From NCBI GenBank assembly GCA_020536535.1, contig JAHLWZ010000702.1, positions 62,001-126,000 on the forward strand: a stretch of DNA of 64,000 bases, given 5' to 3'. Below are positions 55,638-64,000 of this stretch, piece by piece (the stretch's first letter is position 1; every line of letters begins with the position of its first letter). Position numbers and translations under genes: made by a program. Origin of the DNA: Pelomyxa schiedti. Taxonomy: Eukaryota > Protista > Evosea. Below the pieces are notes generated by a model. The model searched no databases. It was not told the DNA's origin and saw only the letters and a program-made list of their open reading frames with translations.

Positions 55638-58600
55638 TTATGGGTTTGCAAGTCTTTCAATTAGTTGTTGGGCTGTGGGTCTTTCCTCTGGGGTGTGCAA
55701 AAAGCACTTGAGCATGATGTCATGAGCCCATTGTGGGCAAACGGGTACGAGTTTGTAGTTGCCGGATGTAGTTGCAAGGCCAGTTGAGGTGGAAATTGAA
55801 TCAGGAGTTAGACTTGGCGAGAGGGTGGGGCTCAGCGGGGGTAGCTTGGGCGAAAGAGAGAGGGAGCGGCGGTCCGAGTGCGGGGAGAGGGGCGGGGCGG
55901 AGGGGCTTGGTGGCCGCGGGGCAGGTCCGGGTGGGAGCGGAAGCTGCAGTGGCTGTGATGTGGGAGAGCGGGGGGGTGGTGAGTGGGGTGGGGGCGGCGG
56001 TGAAGGGGTGAACCGCGTGGTGGAGGGACTGGAAGCAGAGCTCGAGGTCGAGGTGCTTTTGGCTTTGTTACGTGGGTTGTGGGTGGTGAGCCGTGCAAAA
56101 ATTGAGAGGCGTTGTTGTTTGGGTGGTGACGCTGGGGGTGTTGATTCTATAATGGCCAACTGTTTGTCAGTTGGAATTGTTGGTTGGAGTCTGGGCGACG
56201 AGGTTAATGGAGTAGGGGGGAGCGCCTTGGAGTGGGGCATAAGTGTTGGTCTGCTGTCACCGTCATTTGGAACGACTGATTGTGAATGTGGTAGATTACT
56301 GTCGGCAGAAGGTACTATCGTTGAAGTCGGGGCCGCCGCTGTTATACTTGATGCAGCAATCAACGGTTCTAGTATAATCACATTTCGAGGCGATAGCGGG
56401 GGCAATGTTGGTGACAACTGTGGAGATGCTGGTGTAGACATGAACTTGGGGGTTCCCACAGTCTTTGTCAGACATTCAGAGTTTTCCTCAATGACTGATT
56501 TCATTGGAGGGGAAGGACCAACAAGCCCTTCAATCAAGGCTTTTCTCACAGAATCTTGACGCAAGGAAAATTGGGTTCGAGTGAGCCCTGTTGTGTGATC
56601 AAGACGAAGTTGTGCTTGACTGTATAGAGGATTGCCATATAAATGTGAGAAAGGCGATGTGAAAGGGTCATTCAACTGTCGGAGGAGAATGCCTGATCAC
56701 AGTTACAACAATAGCTTTTGTCTGTACGGTATACCGTAACACCAGATATCAGCTTTGGTGTCATGCTTAGCTCCTTTTAAGACTTCAGGTGCAAATGTGT
56801 CCATTTCCGGTCGGATATCTGCTGTAGTACCGCCATAAAGGAATTCTGATAGACCGAAATCCGAGATCTGCAATAGGATTAAATTTGCTGTTTAAACCCG
56901 TCTAAAGTTTACCTTGGCCCATGGGCCTGATCCCTCCATCTCCAAGCTGCATATAAATATATTCCCTCATGAAATATAAGAAGGTGTTTGCATATTGATG
57001 TTTAACTACCTGCATGCAAGTCACTGTGTACAAGAGGTGGTGACTGGTTGTGAAGGTGAGCCAATCCACAGGCTATATCCAGCATAATTTTTTTCCTTAA
57101 TTCTGAGGGAAGTATGGATTCCATGAAGTCTCTCTTTTTTTGGAGATCCGTCTGGAAGTCCTGATCTTGGCTTTTAGAGGGAGTAGTTGCAGTGGTCGAT
57201 GGACTGGGCTCTTCAAGAGACTCTGAAAGTTCCAAAATAAAAGAAATTAAGTTGTGCAAATCAGGCTTTTTCAAAGAGAGCTCTCTCCCGTTGCACTTCG
57301 TTACAGGATGAATAAATTCCATCACAAGCCTAATTTGTGGTTGCAAGCAGACACCGTAGAAGCGCACTAAATTTCTATGGTGGCCAATGGTGTTCATTAT
57401 ACCGGCTTCGTACACGAACTCAGCTAATCCCTCCTGGGAATGTGGCTCTTTGACAGCAACCATATTTCCCCGCCATTCACCTTTCATAACTTTTCCATAG
57501 CCACCTTGAGCAAAAGCAGAATGGGCTACTACAAGATCGGCAGGGGCAATAACTGGCAAGTGTGATAAAGCAATATCGGGAGCCACGATTGCAATCGGAA
57601 CCAACGAACCCGTCAGCGCTGCAGAGACTAGAGCGGGGACTAGAGCGGTGCTAGTCCGCCCAGTTGAGTGTACTGAAGGACAGTGCAAGTTCCCGTGACC
57701 AGACTTTACAGCGGCAATGCAGTCTTCCAAAGAGAATACATGGATGGAGTCAAGATTTGTCACCTCAGAGGCAGATTGCTAAGAGTAGTGTGAGAATGAG
57801 TACTCTGTCATTATGTTCATTTTACCTTGCACAAAGAGCACTGCGATCTATGCTTGCGGGCAGCACAATATGAGCAGGGAAAGACTTGAACAACGTCAGG
57901 CATTATACTTGGGTAGCAACTTCGAATGAAAGCCATTGCAGCGCTGATTACATTTGCAAACATCATGCACACGTCACTTTTCAACCGTACCTCAGACCCT
58001 TCTCCATGGGTATCGGCAGAAAATACTTGAATGGACAGACAGTGTTTTTGTTGTTCGTCGGTACATTCTATTAAGAGAGTTGCAGTTTCCACCTTAGTAG
58101 CTACGGCGGTCGAGGAAAACTGCAAAATTAAACCAGATTTCCACATGGATAACGGTAGAAGTCCAGGAATTCCCAATAGGCGGACAGTGAATCTGGAGAA
58201 AAATCCAATTGGAATAAAAGGTAACTCAAATTCTCTGCTACTCAAAGCGGCAATGGGTTTCAGTGAAGTCATAGTGGCAGGAGAAAAAAAGGGGCACCAG
58301 GGGGTTGAGCTATCATTCAATGGGCAAAGTGATGGAAGTAGGCAAGGGATTAGAATTTTCCCTTCGGACATGCAATGGGCAATCTCAAATAACTGCAACA
58401 ATTCCAGAAGCGAGTTATGCATGTCAGAGTGAAACTTGGAGAAAACGTGCTTAAGGTTTCGCTTTTCTAAAAAGCCATTTGATAACCAGCCACTACTGCC
58501 ACTGATAGTTATCACAGTTTTCATCACATCAGACAACCATTGAGGTTTAAGAACAACAATATCTGACAGAGCATGAGGAGCATTATCCTGAGCCAGAGTC

Positions 58601-61600
58601 GCTTTAGTGTCTTCAACAGATACAGCTGTAGGCGTGCTAGATCTTTTAGCAATACTACCAACTGTCATGAATCGGAAGTGAATGATTGCACCAGAGTCAG
58701 CAAGAAAATCTGAACACCTTAACAAAGTGAACTGTAACTTACATCTGAGAGTGGGATTTACATGTTGATTTCCTGCCAGTCTACACTTTGTTCACAAACT
58801 GAAGAAATTGGAGCACTATCCAAGACTTCGGCCGTTCCAGTGCCTACCCTGGAGTTTAACGCTATCAGTACAAATTCATTCCAATACATGGTAGGCTGGG
58901 ATTTCGATTTCTTTGTGATATGGTTGTACAAGGTTTCCCAAGTTTTGGGAACTTGTACAACGGTCTTACAACATAGTTCCTCCAAATATGATGCTACATC
59001 AGCAACACCAGTTGATGAGTATTGAGCTTCCACTGGATTGGAAGGGTTCATTGTGAGACCATCTCCAGTTTTTGTACTCAACGCAAATGACCCTGCAATA
59101 GCGGATTTCCCACGAGAACCCAACATTCGATCTTGTTTGAAGAGAGAGTTCAATCTATTGATTACATATAATAGCGAACTGACAACTGCATCGTCACTGG
59201 CTACTTGATCCATGTGAGTTCCAACAATTACTGTGATTTGAGGGGATGATGGTGCCACAGAGTTGGCTCTGCTTCTCTGAGATGCCTTGATTTGCTTCAA
59301 CCAATATATAACCCGATGCATAGAAGGGGGAACGGATTGAGGCGCGCTATGGTTCGCACTGGCGGACTCCTTTTCCAATAGTGCTAGTTCTTGAGATATA
59401 GCAGCAATGTTAAACAGAAGGAGATAGACAGAGTCAGATGTCAAGAAGAACTGATGGGAAGGGTAGAGCACTTCCTGCCCACCTGTTTCCATTAATAAAA
59501 AAGCTACAATGCGCTCCTACACACCAAGATCCCAAGCAGTCCAGAAAAATTTGCCAGTTTTTGTCATTTTGAATTCCTTTTGAACTGCAATGCCATCTGT
59601 TGCAACATTTTTACCTCCTGTATTGACCGCCTTCCTTTTAGCAAGACATTTCAGGAGTGTAGTTTTTCCAGCTGCCTCCTCGCCTACCATTAGCAATTTT
59701 TTGTTCCACCAACACACAGGCACTCCATTGTATTTCAGAAATTGGCTCAATTTACTCCATGGTTGGTGCCTGAATGATTCTGGAATCAGAGACAAAGGGT
59801 TACCATCCAGTGTCACTTCAGGGATTTCATGCAGGCTGCTGGGTAACGTTTCCAGTAAGTTGGCAGAAACGTCAAGTGACGTACAGCCAGCGTACAAAAG
59901 GCCCTCACACAACAGGGGTGGGAATGACTTCAAAGCTAGGTTGCTGAGATCGAGAAATTTCATGACTCCACCAGAAAAAGAAACAGCCACGTTTACAGCA
60001 TCCCAGTTTCCAGCCTTAGCCCAAATCCTTGCCATAAACTCAACCAATGTTTGTGTTGTGTCGTCTTCCGATTTTTCTCTTTCCATCAGGATGCACAATA
60101 ACTCAGAGGCATGCCAGCTCTGAAATTGGTCAATGAAGACACAGCCTTTTTTCATAAGCTGTAGGGCGACATGGAGTGTTTTACATGAAGCCATCACACT
60201 CAAAATTCGAGATGAATCATCAATCAAGGAACAGCTGCCAAGTCGAGTTGAGTTGAGCCAGTGATGTTTATGGTTTTGAATGAGGCCAACAGCTAGAGAC
60301 AGAACGTTGCAATTTCCGGTGAGAGCTGATCGCTCAACAATGTTTGCAAGAGCATTTCTACATTCCCCAGTAACACAGATCGAATCAAAGTCTATACCAG
60401 ATAAAAGTTGTTGCTGTGTGACTTTGTTGTGCTCCACTGCTGAGTTGCAAGCAGAAATGGAAGATTCGGACATGCTATTACCTAGACGGAATGAGAAGCG
60501 ATTGTATTACGGACCACTAACAAGTAAAATCTACAGAAATAAGAGTACAGTTGTCTACAATTGACGAAAGGAAATATGTTGAACTTTCGTCACTGAGAGA
60601 GTTCCCTGTTTACAAGAGGTTCACAACGAAAAAGACCAAAGGGGGGGTGAGCTGGGACACACAGCCTAAGTTCAATGTAGTTAATGTACTATTACGCCTC
60701 AGTGCAGTAGCAATTTGTTTGAATCCGGGGTCGCCAATAGAGTTACCTGGGGAAAGACTGTACCAATAACATAGAAAAGGCATGGGTGAATGAGGGACCT
60801 CTAATATCGAGAGATGTCACAGTGTTGTTCGTCTTTAACCAGGTTCCTAGTACTTCTGCTCCTGGGTCTTCGAGGGCATTACCTATTTATTTAGTTAATT
60901 TTTTTTTTTTTTTTTTTTTTTTGCAGGTTGATGACCTCCAATGTCAAGTATACTTAAAGTTGTATTAACATCCAGTGCTTCCAGAATGATGGATGTCCCA
61001 TCGATTCCAATTTCGTTCTCTTGACGAAAGATAAGTTTACTTTCCAATTTCGGTTGGCACACCTCTCAAGTTCAGGTTTGTGAGGGAGGAATTGAATTTT
61101 AAGGCTTCGGAAAGATATTCAGCACCCTCTTCACCAATCATATTGTCTTAGTATGGTAAAATAAGACATCGACAATATCAAGAGCAAGAGAACTTCGTAG
61201 TTGCAAATTTGTCAAAACTTTGTTTGTTTTCAGTGCCTCAGAGAGCACTTTTGTCCCAGGATTTCCCAAATCATTCTCTGCAATGCAAATTGAGATAGAA
61301 ACAGAGGAAGGTGGAGAAACTCTGTAAAAGCAAAGAGGTAATGGAAGCATTATCTCTCAAAAGATCTGCAAGGGCTTTTGCACCCACCTCCGAAATAGAA
61401 TTATCTTTTCGTATTAGAGACTGAATACCGTGATTTACAAATACTTCCAAGATCAAGCAAAGTAATGGAACTGAGCCTAAGAGCACTGGAGACAAATCTC
61501 ACACCCTCATCACCAATAAAGGTTTCTTTACATAGGGAAATTTAGTGCAAGAAACGCAAGGAAAAACAAGGGGAAGAAAGAAAAGAAAAGACCCTAAACT

Positions 61601-61812
61601 TTGCATGTTCAGAGACGTGACTGATTTACATGATTTTAGAGAGTCAGCAATGAGCCTGGCACCATCTTCGCGCACACGGAGGCCTGTTTAGTTCTTTTAG
61701 TTCCATAAATACTTCACCTCTGAAGCAACCAACCCAATAATTAATGAAAATAACCTGAGAAAGACCAATCACGGGTGTCTTTCAGTGCCACCAAGGACTT
61801 GGCGTCGAACAT
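55638..61812 (-). CDS. Roco protein: RNI-like LRRs + LRR + Roc GTPase + COR + TKL kinase
   Basis: KLLMVGEEAAGKTTL, ATDGI, WDLG-GQEVLYPSHQFFL; COR VVLKPQWLSDVM and FIPIGFFSRF; kinase GGYGKV, VAVKE, HRNLVRFYG, HSDLHAG-N, SDFGLS, APEV, KADIWCYG and ERPTA. Confidence 0.92.
60522..61683 (-). repeat. array of nine one-LRR-per-exon cassettes (84,81,84,84,84,84,84,84,84 nt)
   Basis: Exons 61683-61600, 61525-61445, 61404-61321, 61277-61194, 61146-61063, 61019-60936, 60882-60799, 60746-60663 and 60605-60522. All are AG/GT bounded and phase 1, each encoding NxIxxxGxxxLxxxLxxNxxLxxLxL. Confidence 0.88.
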
Positions 61813-61959
61813 TTTGTGTCTGTCTTTTATTCGCTCGTTTCGTTTAAGGTGACCTTCACAAACAGAGAAAAGACAAGCAACACATCACTCAACGCGGCGC
61901 GTAATATTCAGTGATTGTGCATATCTGATGGACGAAAAATTGCGCAATTTCACAGCCAC

Positions 61960-64000
61960 ATGCGGAAACGATCCAACACGAGACCGGTACGAACAGCCAA
62001 GGCTCCGCTACCGAAACAACCCAGGCTAGTCGCCTCTGATGCAATAAAAAGCGACACTCAGATCGACGTTACTACCTCCTTGTGCCCGTTGCCACGTGGA
62101 TCCAGTACCGACGTAAGTGCAAAGGAGACTTCTAGGCCACCTGCTAATCGCTCTGGTACTTGATTTACACTCTACCATTTGTTGAAGTTTTCAGGCGCGT
62201 CTGCCCCGGAATGCGAGGTGCAGCTGTTTGAGGACGCCTACGACGACGCCCATTGGGGCGAGCGGGAGGTCATCGGCGATGGCGGCGTCGTGGGTGACAT
62301 TGCTGAAAGCCCGTGCGTGGAAGACGTCGACGGTACACAACTCTCGGATTCTGAAGGGGAAGAAACCCCTCCAATTACAACGGACCCACTTGACAGTTGC
62401 AACGCATCACAGAGAAATAAGCTCTCTCGGGAAAAGTCAGAGGTAGTTCTTGTAAGAAATTCTCGTTACTTAATCGCACTTGTAGTCTTCAGTAGCTTCG
62501 GGCTTTCCCTCACTTGGTGAAGGAAAAAGACCCACACAAACACCTCAGCTCCCTCCCCCACCACCACCAACTGTGGACGACAATTTTTCCTCTCTTCCAC
62601 TATCAGAGCCAACACTGCGAGCAATATCAAGGGTTCTCAACTTCACCACAATGACACCAATTCAACACTCAACCATACCCCTTGGGTTGCAGGGATACGA
62701 CATTTTGGGAAAAGCACCTACTGGGAGTGGGAAAACCATTGCATATCTAGTGCCTGGTGTAGAACTACTGCACAAAAATGCTTTCACTCAATCAAGAGGA
62801 GTTGGTGTAGTAATTTTATCACCAACCAGAGAGTTGACAATACAGATTGCATGTGTAGCCGAGCAACTTGTTACCTATCATGGCTTTACCCACACTGTTA
62901 TCATTGGGGGAGCGAATGTGGACAGTGAGAGAAGTGCATTACTCCGCGGTGCAAATATCGTCGTTTCTACAGCCGGTAGACTTATAAAGAACCTGGTTTT
63001 TGGTGGTGGGGGCTTTTCCCTCGATGCTGTGCTTTATCTAGTTGTTGACGAGGCAGACCTATTGTTGGAGATTGGACACCAGCCCCAATTGCTCGAAATT
63101 ATATCGCGGCTACCACCTAAGAGGCAATCCATGCTTTTTAGTGCCACTATGTCACAACGCGTTCACGCTCTGGCGCTTTTATCTCTGAGTAATGCCGTTT
63201 TTGTTGATGTGGAACGTGACAGCGAAAATCCCACTGTTTCTACGATCGAACACCATTTCACAGTGGTGTCTACAGCACAGCGAGTGGATATGCTAATTGC
63301 ATTCCTGAAGGCAACAAGAGGGGAGCAAAAGGTCATGGTGTTCTTTTCCACATGCAATGAAGTGAGGTATAAAAACGTCCATATCCTTAGTTTCTCCTCA
63401 TTTGAACTTCAGATATTTTGGCCTTGTAATAAGAAAGATGCTTGGGGATTCTTATAAGGTCATACAATTGCACAGCAGACTCCGTCAAGACCTTCGAACT
63501 TCGCTTTTCCTCGAGTTTGCGGCCTGTGGTGTTGGAATACTCTTCACGACTGATGTTGCTGCCCGAGGTGTTGATATACCCAATGTAGATTGGATTGTGC
63601 AGTTCGATTTACCCCGAGACACCCAAGATTACATCCACCGTGTCGGCAGATGTGCCCGTGCAGGTAAGTCGGGGCACGCACTGCTTTTACTCCAACCACA
63701 CGAGAAAAAAGTTGCTGATTCTATTGCAGCAATGGGAGTCCCAATTTCGCAACTCCCAGTACCTCCTAACCTCAAACCACAGTATTACGTTCTAGCTCGT
63801 ATGCACACCCACCCCCATGTGAAGCAATTGGCCATACTCGCAATGCAAGACTATGTCACTGCATACAATATTAATACACATGGTGTGAATTTCCAATACG
63901 TTGATGTCAATACTCTGGCTCGCAGTTACGGGCTGGAAGTACCACCTCCCACTGTAGTTACCATGCCACCAACGGAGGATATTATCAAACAGTATCAGCA
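61960..64000 (+). CDS. DEAD-box RNA helicase (HAS1/DDX18- or DBP4-like ribosome-biogenesis clade), runs off the window
   Basis: Q-motif MTPIQ, APTGSGKT, SPTREL, VVDEAD, LFSAT, TDVAARGVD and YIHRVGR. Confidence 0.92.

Noticed and set aside
55759-56559. 266-aa Gly-rich plus-strand ORF (also 1441..2007, 2094..2549, 25336..25914, 28621..29010)
   Set aside because: Reverse complements of Pro-rich coding tracts (CCN codons read as GGN); no independent coding evidence.
1-64000. non-standard genetic code or stop-codon readthrough as the cause of fragmented ORFs
   Set aside because: Wherever I traced conserved motifs, the interruptions were resolved by canonical GT-AG introns, and TAA, TAG and TGA all serve as terminal stops.

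Overview
Gene-dense (about 27 protein-coding genes in 64 kb), intron-rich eukaryotic DNA with very short GT-AG introns (mostly about 40-90 nt). The gene content (Roco LRR-Roc-COR-kinase, receptor adenylyl cyclase, RasGEF, vWA-Vint) suggests an amoebozoan protist, possibly Archamoebae/Pelomyxa-like; this taxonomic call is inference. Gene models were spliced by eye from the ORF track and sequence, so internal exon boundaries and some start/stop positions are approximate. No rRNA, tRNA, CRISPR array or transposon could be supported. Most notable observations: (1) a ~6.4-kb gene apparently fusing SHOCT-like, vWA, a long unknown region and an eEF1A-like GTPase whose catalytic His is replaced (DAPGH->DAPGT); (2) a sirtuin lacking the Zn-ribbon and fused to a YEATS-like domain; (3) a Roco gene whose RNI-type LRRs are nine symmetric phase-1 exons (eight of 84 nt, one of 81 nt); (4) a GH5 endoglycoceramidase whose catalytic acid/base Glu sits on a 6-nt micro-exon and whose nucleophile Glu codon is split by an intron with a U12-type donor; (5) a TRIM-like RING/B-box protein with an unassigned C-terminal domain; (6) several intron-containing, bacterial-like enzyme genes; (7) nine co-oriented genes separated by under 280 bp, and CpG-rich first exons.
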